Notes: generated from the sequence alone by a model not told the origin. A stretch of DNA of 64,000 nucleotides from Octopus bimaculoides (GCF_001194135.2 NC_068983.1:137806734-137870733); one strand, 5' to 3'; positions 1-12,679 are shown, counted from the stretch's first letter. A program made the numbers and translations.

Positions 1-620
1 TGAAAGGTAGATTGTATGATGTTTGTGTATGAACAGCCATGCTACACAACAGTGAAACATGGGCTGTGATTGCTGAAGACATGCGTAGGCTTGAAAGAAA
101 TGAAGCTAGTATGCTCCGCTGAATGTGTAATATGAGTGTGCATACACGACAGAGTGTAAGTGCCCTGAGAGAAAAGTTGGACATAAGAAGCATCAGATGT
201 GGTGTGCAAGAGAGACGACTACGCTGGTTTGGTTATGAGTTGCGTATGGATGAGGACAGCTGTGTGAAGCGTCACACCCTAACAGTGGAAGGAACTTGTG
301 TAAAAGGTAGACCTAAGAAGACATGAGATGAGGTGGTGAAGCACGACCTTCGAACGCTGGGATTCACAGAGGCAATAACAAGCGACTGAGACCTTTGGAG
401 ATATGTTGTGCTTGAGAAGACCCGGCAAGCCAAGTCAGATCGTAGCCGTGGTCGATGCCAGTGTTGCATAACCGGCCCGTTTAAAAGTAACCTTCAATCG
501 TCGGGCAATATGCTATGTTTGAGAAGACCTGTTGAGTCAAGTGAAATCGTAGTCGTGGCCGATGCCAGTGCCGCCTGACTGGCACCCGTGCCGATGGCAC
601 GTCAAAAGCACCCACTAAAC
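1..620 (+). mobile_element. RTE-clade LINE, decayed ORF C-terminus and 3' UTR
   Basis: Frame from nt 3 reads KGRLYDVCV*TAMLHNSETWAVIAEDMRRLERNEASMLR*MCN...QERRLRWFGYELRMDEDSCVK...GRPKKT*DEVVKHDLRTLG, matching RTE post-RT motifs (LY..V...MLYGSETW, LRWFGHV.RM, GRPRKTW); several in-frame stops. Confidence 0.8.
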
Positions 621-643
621 TCTTAGTGAGCAGGATGGCAGAC

Positions 644-684
644 AAATCGCCCGGCGTGCTAGCATTTCTGCTAGCTCGCCGCCC
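644..684 (-). mobile_element. SINE family B, 5' head fragment
   Basis: Reverse complement gggcggcgagctagcagaaatgctagcacgccgggcgattt matches the family B heads at 21283 and 30995. Confidence 0.65.
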
Positions 685-1456
685 TAGTCGGAAGAATATA
701 TCATTGAAACTAAAATCAAAGTTGTCTCCTGATTTTGTAATACTGAGAAATGATCTGTGCATATTTAACATTAAAGAAGGGAGATAATCCAGTTGTCATT
801 TCTTATTCACTCTTAGTTCTAATCTCTTGCGACAAGTGGTTGAAATGAAGTGTATTTGATATAAATGGGATGTGAATCTCATTTTAAACTAAGACTTTTA
901 CTTGTGTAAATTACACCAGTTGTTTTCTTATCAGCTGAAGCAGATAGAGAAGTACAATCGCCAGCAGTTGTAAAACCTCGGATTTCAGCAGCCAGAAAAT
1001 GGAGTTAATCCAAAAAGAAGAAATAGAAGGGAAAAAGCGATTTACAATGTTCTGCATTGAGAACGAAAGAAGTAATTCTTGTCATTATATGTGATTTATA
1101 CAGTTGTTCATCTGATTTAATTCTATCTAACAACTATACACAACTCTGATCAACTCAACTGCGCTCAGATTATGAATTATCCTTTGAAATGAAATTTTTC
1201 TTTGAATTCAGTCGACTATTATTATACACATTGCACAGACACGCGAGGTCGACGCGCTTGAAGAATGCATAATTGAACATTTTAGGTATCATCTAATTTT
1301 GTTATATTAACAAGTAAATGTATGTATACGATTGAGTAAGGGAGATAATTCCCTAGTTTCTCTTCCTCCCCATTTTCTTCTACTTTTCTATGCTTACGTC
1401 GTTGAAATGCATTCTATTTGCCAACTTGCTTTCTCGTCTGTCTATTTATCTCCTGT

Positions 1457-1565
<109 letters not shown>

Positions 1566-1861
1566 TGTGCGCGCGCGTGTATGTATGTATACAATTGTCT
1601 GTCACTAATTGTTATAGAAAGAAGATAGTTTTGTGGGAAAATATTCTAAGCCTCATTTAGATCAAATTCATTAAACCTTATTTGAAAAAAGATTTCTATT
1701 TCATCGCATATTTTAATCTTCGTCTATCGATTACTTTTGTTTTCTCGATTCTTAATTTTCATTTTCAAATTTTATTCATTGTTGAGTTAATCACTTATTC
1801 GCCAGATCACAGTTATAAGTGCTATAAAGGATAGTTACCGTATGGGAAATATAGATTGCTG

Positions 1862-1975
1862 TCTTTTAGTCCAACATTAACTTTTATCGAACAGATTCAT
1901 GATTACATGCGCTTCAGCCCCGATCATTTCGTCATAGTATGTGACAAAGTGTATCTAGGTCTACGTTAGTTAATT
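1862..1975 (-). mobile_element. SINE-like family D fragment
   Basis: Reverse complement resembles the copies at 27610-27805 and 27990-28145 (ctagatacac...gatggtca...tttgatc). Confidence 0.4.
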
Positions 1976-2234
1976 CATGAGACCTGTTACGAAAGAGTGC
2001 AGCAATGAAACGGCACTTCGTGCTCACGATTGCACTGTTCTAGATGGATGACATTGAGATTCAGTGTTATAATAATCACATCATGCAACGTCATGCCATG
2101 TCACACAGTCGCCAACCAATATATGCTACATATGCTAGAGCGAACTTATGCTTAGTTCACATGGGGATTTGTGGCTAGTTGATTAGGAAAAGCTAAGTGT
2201 TTGTGTGAAATTCTGTTTCAAGTTGGAAAACACT

Positions 2235-2325
2235 TCAAATCTCACGGTGGCCTGCTTTGTCTTTCATTCTTTCGTAATCCGTAAGATAAGTACCAATGAA
2301 GTACTAGTGTCGATTCAATCGACTG
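2235..2325 (+). mobile_element. SINE family B, degenerate internal fragment
   Basis: ttcaaatc...ctttgtctttcattctttcg...taagtaccaatgaagtactagtgtcgattcaatcgact aligns with the family B body at 31115-31210. Confidence 0.55.
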
Positions 2326-2469
2326 CGCTTGATTCCAAAAGAAATCGATAGAGTTGAGACCATTCATTAACGTTTTCCTCTGATCACCGAAATTTCAATA
2401 AAAGGATTCTATTTGCTCGTACAGGTATGATGGATAAATAGCCACTAATGATGTTTTTAATTTAAGTAC

Positions 2470-2648
2470 GAGGCAGGCAAAGGTCAGTTGATATCCTCGA
2501 CCAAGTAATTGATACTTCATGTTATCGACCTAGAGAAAATGAAAAGCTAACCTAGGCAGGATTTGAACTCAGAATGCAGAGGCGGAACAAATCCTGCAAA
2601 GCACTTATTTCGCAATTCTCTCATAATACTGCTAACTCACTGCTTTAA
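2470..2648 (-). mobile_element. SINE family B, degenerate copy
   Basis: Reverse complement contains gcagtgagttagcag...ttctgagttcaaatcctgcctagg...ggtcgataac, the family B head with B box and body. Confidence 0.6.
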
Positions 2649-2757
2649 CACAGAGTAATAATAAATAACATTAATAATTCTTCATTTAAGTTATTTTAGA
2701 GTTGTAGAGTAAATCATCTATATTTCGATCAAAATCAGACACTGCAATTGAGAAGTG

Positions 2758-3340
2758 TCAACCGTCTAGAAAGGGAAGAGTATCCAGAATAGATTTGCTA
2801 AGTCGACCAACATCGGACTTAGTCGGGCAAATTAGTCTCACAGCAGGATTATCATGGAAGTTCTTCTTGTGGTCTTTGAGCTTAATCCCTGGTTCACTTG
2901 GTCTCAAGGGTTCTCTCCTGTCTGCTAAGTCATATTCCATCATAACTTCCTTAATTTTTAAGCTAATATCTGATAGATTCTTATTCGTTGTTATTTTATA
3001 TTTAGCGTTTAGTTTCTTCATTACTAGTTTCCTATAGGTGGCATAGTTCAGTCTCTATAAGTTCCCAGTTTTACCTGCTGGGACTAGTATTCCTGGTTTG
3101 TTTGTCTTCTTACCCTCTTAGAGGATTATTTAAAATTATACAAATGTGCCCGACTGATTAAATTAATTCTACTTATTTCTTTATGCGACTGAGAATAGCT
3201 CTGCATTTAAATTGATGTAATGATTGCATTGTTCAATTAAATGGAGCCGCTTGAAACGGTCGTACTGCATCACTTCTGGATATCCTCGTGCTTATTTTGA
3301 TTTTATTCACCTTATTTTGAAATTGTACGAATACCGCACT
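2758..3340 (-). mobile_element. Penelope-like element, RT N-terminal fragment
   Basis: ILVPAGKTGNL...YRKLVMKKLNAKYK...GIKLKDHKKNFHDNPAVRLICPTKSDVGRLSKSILD matches the PLE PADKT and TLKDHK.NF.NNP.CRLINP.KS motifs. Confidence 0.8.
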
Positions 3341-3573
3341 AATTTTGGGTGCCTCAACTTAAGTACCTAATTCATTTGAATCTCAATTACATNNNNNNNN
3401 NNNNNNNNNNNNNNNNNNNNNNNNNNNNNNNNNNNNNNNNNNNNNNNNNNNNNNNNNNNNNNNNNNNNNNNNNNNNNNNNNNNNNNNNNNNNNNNNNNNN
3501 NNNNNNNNNNNNNNNNNNNNNNNNNNNNNNNNNNNNNNNNNNNNNNNNNNNNNNNNNNNNNNNNNNNNNNNNN

Positions 3574-3615
<42 letters not shown>

Positions 3616-3639
3616 TATATAAATATATATGTATATATC

Positions 3640-3810
3640 TATGTGTGAGTGTGTCTTTGTGTTTGTGTTTGTCCCCCATCACCACTTGGCAACCGGTGTT
3701 GGTGTGTTTAAGCCCTGAGGTCGATTTTTTCGACTTAAACCCTTCAAGGTAGTGCTCCAGCATGACTGCAGTCAAATGACTACGACAAATAAAAGAATAA
3801 AAGAATACAG
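3640..3810 (+). mobile_element. SINE family A, 3' half with internal deletion
   Basis: tgtgtttgtccccc...caaccggtgttggtgtgttta...gtgctccagcatgactgcagtcaaatgact...taaaagaataaaagaata matches the reverse complement of 7351-7550 and 39385-39590. Confidence 0.75.
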
Positions 3811-4106
3811 GGCACATGCTTTTATTGGAAGATTGAGTCGCCCATACTGCCAAAATATCTTTGAACAACTTCTCATTAAATATTCTTGTGAAGAATAAAA
3901 TTTATAACATATACAAGTGAAGAATGTATATATTCATATATAGAGAGAATTGAAGTTATAATTCCTTACAATGATTGACTAGATTCTTCTCTGTAGAGTA
4001 GACCAGTGATTCTCAAATCAAAATAGACTATCATTGAGAAGACTTGTACCTTCAATTTACATACGTACAAATATACATGCATACATGCATACATATATAA
4101 ATACAT

Positions 4107-4141
<35 letters not shown>

Positions 4142-4589
4142 TAAATCCGTGTGTATGTGCACGTGTGTGTATGTGCACGTGTGTGTATGTGTAATATAGA
4201 GTATATTATATCCGATTACATATGCATACATACACATAAATATATATACGTATATGCATGTGTGTACATATGTATGTTAATACAATATTAGTATATACAG
4301 AATATATACCTGCGGAAGCCTTGGTATATATTTAAAGTGTAACGGTTATTAGTATAAAGAAAATTAATTAAGGCCGTTCATAATGTTTTCAATCCACGGA
4401 GAAATAGGTAAATTTGACCTATTAGTATGTCTACTTTGCAGATTTGCATATATTATATCATACCATGATACTATGTGGACTGTGTTCCCAGTTGATTGCC
4501 CCACATAAAGTGTTAACGACTAATTAACAGCTCCAGTTCTCTGGAAATAATAAATATGATGTGTACATATACAGGTTGCTACTTGTTTT

Positions 4590-4660
4590 TCTCTGGATTG
4601 GTCAAGTAATGTACACACTTCTGATGAGAACTTAACGAGGGTTGAAAATCAGACAATGCT
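4590..4660 (+). ncRNA. Degenerate hammerhead-like core
   Basis: CTGATGA 4621-4627, a weak stem II (aac/gtt), GAAA 4644-4647; homologous to the minus-strand motif at 17612-17685; stems I and III are not convincingly paired. Confidence 0.3.
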
Positions 4661-6600
4661 GTTTATAATTTTTTTTCAATTTACGGGAGAAATAGGTTTA
4701 TATATCTGCTACATGCTTATATATCTACTACATGCTTATATATCTACTACATCTTTAAATATCTACTACGTTAGTTTACACACACATATACACACACAAG
4801 CGCGCGTGCATCAATATCTTTATATGCTTAAGAGATATATGTCTGTATGTTTATTTTTGTATGTAACATCTGCAGCGCTAAAAAATTAACCACACAGCCA
4901 TTTCATGCACGAAATTTCACCTATAGACAAATTTAGAGAAGAACAAAAATACTGAAACTACTTTAAAAATAGGTTACTTTGTTATGATTATGTCTGCTAT
5001 TTACTTCGACATGCCAAAAAAACAAAAAACAAAAAAAACCCCAGCAAAAACAGAACAAAAAAGAATCATCATTATATACATGCGCATGTGCACAAAATTT
5101 CCTTTTGCTTCATTTGTTATTTTATATGTGGAAACTGCTTATTTTATGCTGAAATCTGTGTAGACATTTCATTAATATTAGCGTATAAATATGGTGAATA
5201 GAATAAAAGAAAATGTTTACCTCTTTGCATCGTACACAGAATTGCCTTGTATACTTTGATACTTTGAAGCTACGATATTTGCCTCGGAGAAATACTCTAT
5301 AATAAATATAATTTATACTTGATAAAACATGAAAACACCTTCACTAAAATTAATGACATAAAAATTGTTAATTATCTTCTACAATTCTTTGCGTTCACAG
5401 TTGTTCCCATCTCATGGAGCTTGTTAATTCATGTAACAAGCTTTATATAAAACTTGTCAAGGCAAAAAACAAAAACAAAAAACAAACAAAATGATAAAAA
5501 GAAAGAATAAAAGGTAATATCACAATATTACAATATTCGAGGCATGAGAACTCCTATCATGCAGGTAATATTTTAAATTTACATATACATGCACATTTTA
5601 CAAGTACACATACATGTTTGGATCGTTTTACATTTTGCTAGTTATCCTATAAATTTCATCTTCTATAAAAGTTTTAACATAAATAAAACGCATTTATCAT
5701 AATTAATTTTTCCAAAGCGATGGTGGATAATACACACACACACACACACACATTTGTACACACATGTGTATGTATGAATGTGTGTGTATGTATGCATATA
5801 TATATGTGTATATATACATATATATACATGTATGGATGTATATTCAGCATATATTTACATACAAAGCATGCATATATACATACGTAAATATGCTAGCACA
5901 CAAATAAATGCATACATACAGATATATACGCATATATATATACTTTGAAGTAAATGCGTGCGCGCGCGCGAGGAGACACACATACATGTATAAATGCATA
6001 AACACTCACATACATACACCGATGCAACTATTTCAATACACACATCTATGTTTATAAATATTCTGTTAGATACGAATGGGTTTGGCATGACAGCCTTGCA
6101 TTTCATGCTATCCGCACCACCACCACCACCACCACCACCACCACCACCACCANNNNNNNNNNNNNNNNNNNNNNNNNNNNNNNNNNNNNNNNNNNNNNNN
6201 NNNNNNNNNNNNNNNNNNNNNNNNNNNNNNNNNNNNNNNNNNNNNNNNNNNNNNNNNNNNNNNNNNNNNNNNNNNNNNNNNNNNNNNNNNNNNNNNNNNN
6301 NNNNNNNNNNNNNNNNNNNNNNNNNNNNNNNNNNNNNNNNNNNNNNNNNNNNNNNNNNNNNNNNNNNNNNNNNNNNNNNNNNNNNNNNNNNNNNNNNNNN
6401 NNNNNNNNNNNNNNNNNNNNNNNNNNNNNNNNNNNNNNNNNNNNNNNNNNNNNNNNNNNNNNNNNNNNNNNNNNNNNNNNNNNNNNNNNNNNNNNNNNNN
6501 NNNNNNNNNNNNNNNNNNNNNNNNNNNNNNNNNNNNNNNNNNNNNNNNNNNNNNNNNNNNNNNNNNNNNNNNNNNNNNNNNNNNNNNNNNNNNNNNNNNN

Positions 6601-6651
<51 letters not shown>

Positions 6652-6837
6652 CATACATACATATATTGCTCTTTAGAAAAGCGTGTGCATCATAAAACAC
6701 TATTCACCTTCTATATTACTTCATTCTTAATTACCAAATAAACTCATTCGGTGTGCGTAGGTGTATACATACATACATACATGCATACACAAGTGCATAC
6801 ATACATATAAACACACAAACTCTCTCGTACACACACA

Positions 6838-6876
<39 letters not shown>

Positions 6877-7015
6877 GCACATACGTACATACACGCGCTC
6901 GCACACTCACACGCACATGTGCATACACAGAAATTAGAAAGAATAATATAAATGAAATCATGTAATTGATGATGAAAGTGTGGATTTTATGTTTAAGCTT
7001 AACCTTTTGAAGTCA

Positions 7016-7072
<57 letters not shown>

Positions 7073-7181
7073 GTATACATGCATGGATACAAATTTATAT
7101 ATATATATATCATATATGTATACATGCATGGATACAAATTTATATATACTTACAAAGATAAATATGCGTGTGTTGTAAGTA

Positions 7182-7334
7182 GGACGCAGGAGTGGCTGTG
7201 TGGTAAGTAGCTTGCTTACCAACCACATGGTTCCAGGTTCAGTCCCACTGCGTGGCACCTTGGGCAAGTGTCTTCTACTGTAGCCTCAGGCCGACCAAAG
7301 CCTTGTGAGTGGATTTAGTAGACGGAAACTGAAG
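7182..7334 (+). mobile_element. SINE family A, tRNA-derived head with CORE-like segment
   Basis: A box TGGCTGTGTGG, B box GGTTCAGTCCC, then ggcaccttgggcaagtgtctt. Confidence 0.85.
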
Positions 7335-7350
7335 TATATTTATGTATACG

Positions 7351-7746
7351 CTTTTACTCTTTTACTTGTTTCAGTCATTTGACTGCGGCCATGCTGGAGC
7401 ACCGCCTTTAATCGAGCAAATCGAGCCCAGGACTTATTCTTTGTAAGCCTGGTACTTATTCTATCGGACTCTTTTGCCGATATGCTAAGTTACGAGGACG
7501 TAAACACACCAGCATCAGTTGTCAAGCGATGTTGGGGGGACGAACACAGACACACAAACATACACACACACACATATATATATATACATATATATACGAC
7601 GGGCTTCTTTCAGTTTCCGTCTAATAAATCCACTCACAAGGCTTTGGTCGGCTCGAGACTATAGTAGAAGACACTTGCCCAAGGTGCCACGCAGTGGGAA
7701 TGAACCCGGAACCATGTTTGGTAAGCAAGCTACTTACCACACAGCC
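7351..7746 (-). mobile_element. SINE family A, near full-length, nested in the opposite orientation
   Basis: Colinear and highly similar to 39385-39776; interrupts the + copy between its head (7182-7334) and body (7790-7937). Confidence 0.88.
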
Positions 7747-7789
7747 ATACATATATATGTATGTATATGTATTTATATATATATATGTA

Positions 7790-7937
7790 TATATGAGTGT
7801 GTGTGTGTGTGTGTGTGTATATATTTGTGTGTCTGTGTTTGTCCTCTCCAACAACCGATGCTGGTGCCTTTGCATTCCCGTAACTTAACGGTTCGGCTAA
7901 GAGGGCGATAAAATTACTACTAGGCTTACAAAGAATG
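7790..7937 (+). mobile_element. SINE family A body, continuation of the 7182 copy
   Basis: tgtgtctgtgtttgtcc...caaccgatgctggtg...cccgtaacttaacggttcggc...taggcttacaaagaat is the reverse complement of the family A body at 7435-7560. Confidence 0.8.
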
Positions 7938-7944
7938 ATGCTTC

Positions 7945-8805
7945 GTAGGTCCTGATGGCTCCTGCAAATTGGGTAATGATATTTTCCAGCTTATGTTGGA
8001 CAGAGTCTTGCAGATAAAGTGAGACATTTTTGTCAAAAAATGAAATGCTAAACCCACTAAGTCAACTGCTTAAAATTGATCTCAATTTATTTGCAAGACC
8101 CTGTATAAGAATGTTACCAATTTATTTTGGATCTTTATTTAGTTATTTCCTTGTCGATTGCTTGACACTGAATTTTATTTAAGTTGTGTGCCTTGTTTAC
8201 GCGTTATTTGACGCTGCTTTTCTTGTACTGGTTGTTTGGGTTGTGTAGAAAACGTTGCATTTTATGTTACACTGTAAAAGTATGTTACTTTTCCAGTGGC
8301 CACAACTTTGAAAGCTTAGTTTCTCGAGTTATTCAGTTGATTGTATGCGCTGTCGCATTTACGTCGGTGATTGGTTAGTGTTGAGTTTGTGAATTTAAGA
8401 AATAATTTTAAAAAGTTGTTTTGCCTTGTCCATTGGTGTGTAAGTATATGCAGATAAGTTGGTTGTTGTAAAATATGAGAATTTTCTTTGCTGTATAAGT
8501 GTGTTGATCAAAAAGTGATACCCAGAGGGGTGAGGGGAATTATTAAGTCAGGTTGGTGAGATATGCTGGCGTGTTGATGCGCTTGCAACGTAAAAGGAAT
8601 TAATTGTGTTGCTAATGTGAAGTTAACTCGAGCTTTTTCGTTATTGCTTTTGTTCTAGACTTTGTGTATTTTGCAGTCTCCTCCAAAATGGTTGCTGTTG
8701 GATGTCTTTTGAGATATTTATTGAAGTGTATAGTTGCATAGCCTGGTAAGAAGATTAGTGAAGTTGTTAGTGATACGTATAGTTTTATTAGGTTATTGTA
8801 GTGTT
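7945..8805 (-). mobile_element. Probable Penelope-like element, ORF N-terminal region, decayed
   Basis: KYTKSRTKAITKKLELTSH*QHN*FLLRCKRINTPAYL resembles the PLE N-terminal K....K...D..FL..CK..N.IP motif; many stops and frameshifts. Confidence 0.4.
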
Positions 8806-8808
8806 CAA

Positions 8809-9015
8809 TGCGGTGAGCTGGCAGAATCGTTACCGCGCGGGACAATAAGCCTGGCGGTAATTATAAATTTTTACGCCCTGAGTTCAAATGCCGCCGAAGT
8901 CAAATTTGCGTTTCCCTTCGGGATTGATATGATGAATTACTAGTCAGGTATCGGAGTCAATATAATCGGCTTTACCACTCCTAAAATTGCTGGCCTTGTA
9001 CCGAAATTTGAAACC
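8809..9015 (+). mobile_element. SINE family B
   Basis: gcggtgagctggcagaatcgtta...ctgagttcaaatgccgccgaagtc...ggccttgtaccgaaatttgaaacc; A and B boxes present; matches the other B copies. Confidence 0.8.
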
Positions 9016-9179
9016 ATTATCCTATTGTGATGCTTTGTGTTGCTGATTCTTAACTTGAACGCTTGGGTTCCTATGTTCTGTATCATTTGTTATTTTATAC
9101 GTATGGATTTGCTGAAGGATGTTATCGCTTGATCAGGGAGTATGTGTATAATGTGGGGGTTTGTTGAAATACTGTGTCC

Positions 9180-9260
9180 AAATCTCGCTGAGGTTATCTT
9201 TGCCTTTCCTCTTTCAGGGACGATAAATAAAGTACCAATCCAGCGCTGGGTTTGATTATT
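9180..9260 (+). mobile_element. SINE family B internal fragment
   Basis: aaatctcgctgaggttatctttgcctttcctctttcagggacgataaataaagtacca matches the family B body. Confidence 0.55.
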
Positions 9261-10263
9261 CTTTCTCTCTCTTTCTTCTGTTCCATATTATACCAGCAAT
9301 CCATTACTCAAATCTAGTGTTACGCTGATTCAACATGAGAATTGCGTGAAGGGTACAGGTATCTCTGAAATATTCAGCTCTTCGCCCGTTAATTTCATGA
9401 ATGAGAATTCAGTTTGTTAAACAAACAAATAATCAATGTTAAAATCGACAGAGGCTCAGCTTATTACGTGGTTAGGCTGTGTGAGCGGTAGTATGTTATT
9501 TTTTATGTTAGTCTCTATGCTTCTCTGTCTCCACATTTTATTGTTTGACTGACGTACCTCCGTGACTATCATGACACAATTTCTAACATATAATTTTCAT
9601 AATTAAATTCCTAAATTGAGGAAGGTTTAGTTATCGCTGACAGCTCGAGTGGCCACATAGCTCCTGTGGGAAAAAAATATGTTTAAAGTGATGACATGTT
9701 GTCCTGTAACAAAAACTGGACCTCGTATCACATGAAATAACTCAAGGAATATACAAGAAAGATTTTCCATTGCCTCGTCCTGTTCCTCTGCGCAGTAACT
9801 TAACAGAAAACTAAATTCCATGAGCGCTAACGTTACGAACAGTGAACAGCTAAACCACTACACGGTACCGTTAGGGACATAAACGAAGAGAGGTGAGTGC
9901 TTCGTCTACACACACAAACGCACACCCACGCACACACTCGCACACATATTTACACCCCCCACACACAAACACACACATACACACAGAACAGTGTAGGTTG
10001 TAGGATATGAACAGGCAACCTTTCAACTGGTTGTCTCATGCAACATCCACTCACCTACGTAGAGTCTCTGTGACCAAGGAACAAATCAAAATATTCAGCC
10101 TTTTGTTCAGAAAATTACACGTTCTTCGTTTTCTGTCTTCTTTTTCTTTCCATATATTTCTGTAACTCTATCTGTCATATTTCCAATTTTCAGTATTGTT
10201 TGTCTTCCCGTTTATTCCCAGGTCTCCATCATACTGATCTTTACACACACACANNNNNNNNNN

Positions 10264-10323
<60 letters not shown>

Positions 10324-10976
10324 CACATATATATATAACTATATATATGCATGCATATTTATTTATATGCATATATATCTATATATATACACACATGTAT
10401 ATGTATATATATGTATATACATATATACACATACATTTACACATACGTACATACATATATATATATACATATATACATATATATATATNNNNNNNNNNNN
10501 NNNNNNNNNNNNNNNNNNNNNNNNNNNNNNNNNNNNNNNNNNNNNNNNNNNNNNNNNNNNNNNNNNNNNNNNNNNNNNNNNNNNNNNNNNNNNNNNNNNN
10601 NNNNNNNNNNNNNNNNNNNNNNNNNNNNNNNNNNNNNNNNNGTTCTTACTGAACATGAACACAACACACAGGTGCCCTTTCACCACACAGAAAATATGGA
10701 CGTTATCTTATCTTTGATACTTAATTGAAAACATACATGTGCATAACTCTGACACTATCCTTCATTTCCCTCTGTTTACTCACCCCCCCCACACATGTAC
10801 ATGTATTGACAAATATATCAGTTTTCTCATGTTATGGCGAGAGTTTAGATTGTTTATACAAACATACACATTAGCATATCCATGCATGCACGCACACATG
10901 CATGCACACAGATGCACGCTTACAGCTACACACACACACGCGCGCTCATACACAAATTNNNNNNNNNNCACACAGT

Positions 10977-11021
<45 letters not shown>

Positions 11022-11399
11022 TACATATCAAATATATCTATCTATGTGTCTATCTATCTTTCTATCGATCAATGTACTCTCTCTCTCTCTCATACACACA
11101 CGCACACTATATGTATTTGTAGATATATACACATAAATCTATATATGTGTATGTAAAAACACATAGATATGCACACACAGAGATACATAGAAATCAATAT
11201 ATTTTTCTGTTGTTTACGTTTACGATGTAGTCGATATCTTTATATATTATCATTACTCCATATTGTGGATGCAATGGCTAAGTGTCATCGAGAGGCGAAC
11301 GTATCGATCAATTACAACAATTGTAACAGCTTCTAGTGTTGCTACTGCTTCTTTAATATCCATCAACTCCTCTCATCTATTTAATTGCTCTACTTTCCC

Positions 11400-11400
<1 letters not shown>

Positions 11401-11465
<65 letters not shown>

Positions 11466-11480
11466 CATTATTATTATTAA
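11401..11480. repeat. (ATT)n microsatellite
   Basis: Direct reading of the sequence. Confidence 0.98.
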
Positions 11481-11744
11481 TCAATAGTTTTAATTATATT
11501 ATGCACCTTGAGTGCAAAATTAAGCTCTGTCTTTTTTTGTAATGGATTAGTCAGAGGGGCGAAGGGCAGTGCCCATTACTTTTCCCAAGGCCTCTGAAAC
11601 TAGCTGGAGAAAGTAGGAGTGGGGTAATATCTTTAGTCCGTAAACCTGGCTCAAATGCTTGCAACACAGTGTACTCCATCGAAGGCATACAAGGTGCGAT
11701 GCAGGAAACCATTTGTGTTTTCTATTGTATGTAATACGTAGACG

Positions 11745-11870
11745 CTGTATGACTGCAGCCATAGTTTCGGCCCCATTGTGTGGCATCTTGGGCAAGTGTC
11801 TAATACCTTAACCTCAGGTGACTCAAGCCTTATAAAAAACTGGGTTGATGGGAGCTGTTTGAAAGACTTG
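11745..11870 (+). mobile_element. SINE family A head, degenerate
   Basis: gtttcggccccattgtgtggcatcttgggcaagtgtcta...cctcagg...aagcctt is similar to 7230-7310. Confidence 0.55.
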
Positions 11871-11878
11871 TACTTGTA

Positions 11879-12090
11879 AGGCGGCGAGCTGGTAGAAGTG
11901 TTAGTATACCGGGCAAAATGCTTAGCGGCAGTTCGCCCATCGTTATGGTTTGAGTTCAAATTTCACAGAGGTTGACTTTACATTTTATCCTTTCGGGGTC
12001 GATAAAATAAATACCAGTTGAACATTGGGGCTGGTGTAATTGACTTATACTTCCCCTAAAATTGGTGGCCTTGTGCCAAACTTTGAATAA
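11879..12090 (+). mobile_element. SINE family B, full length
   Basis: aaggcggcgagctggtagaa...gagttcaaatttcacagagg...cctttcggggtcgataaaataa...ggccttgtgccaaactttgaa. Confidence 0.82.
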
Positions 12091-12180
12091 AGTTACACGT
12101 ATGTGTAGGATACTCAGAGTACTCAGCCACTCCACACGTTAATTCCATGAGTAGGCCATGAAGTAAATCGAACAACTGAA
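12091..12180 (+). mobile_element. SINE family C, 3' fragment
   Basis: gttacacgtatgtgtagga...ctcagccactccacacgttaattccatgagtagg is similar to 16334-16390. Confidence 0.55.
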
Positions 12181-12679
12181 CAGACAACACGGAAAGTGAC
12201 CGAAATCATTTACATAATATCTCTACTTCCAGATCTTTATTTTCAGATAATTTCTTAATTTCTTTTAGAGATGCATTATCGTACTTTGACAAGTACTTTC
12301 TTGAAGGTAGTTGGCAACAATATAACTCAGATCTTTCTTTTTGGATTGAGATATTCAAGATCCAAGTCTGTGATTGTTTTATTATTCTCTGAGGACTTTT
12401 TTCTCACGCATGTTTAATATTATTTCTTTCCTGATGATATTTTTTAAGGATAGCATAATTGCCAGTGCGTGAAACCCCTCACTCTGTAATGCACCCACAC
12501 AGAGGCAAAGACAGACAGATAGGCACACAGACAGACAGACAGACAGACACACACACACACATGTATGTGCGTGTATCTATGTATAGGCATAGATACATAT
12601 ACACACAAATGTATATGTGTCTTTGTGTGTGTGTGTATTTGTGTGTGTGTGTATGTCCGTTTGTGTGTGTATTGTGTAT

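Noticed and set aside
9700-10060. Consensus splice donors (GTGAGT at about 9894 on +, and about 10050 on -) in unique sequence
   Set aside because: Upstream frames close with stops, and no matching acceptor or coding signal was found; could be UTR or chance.
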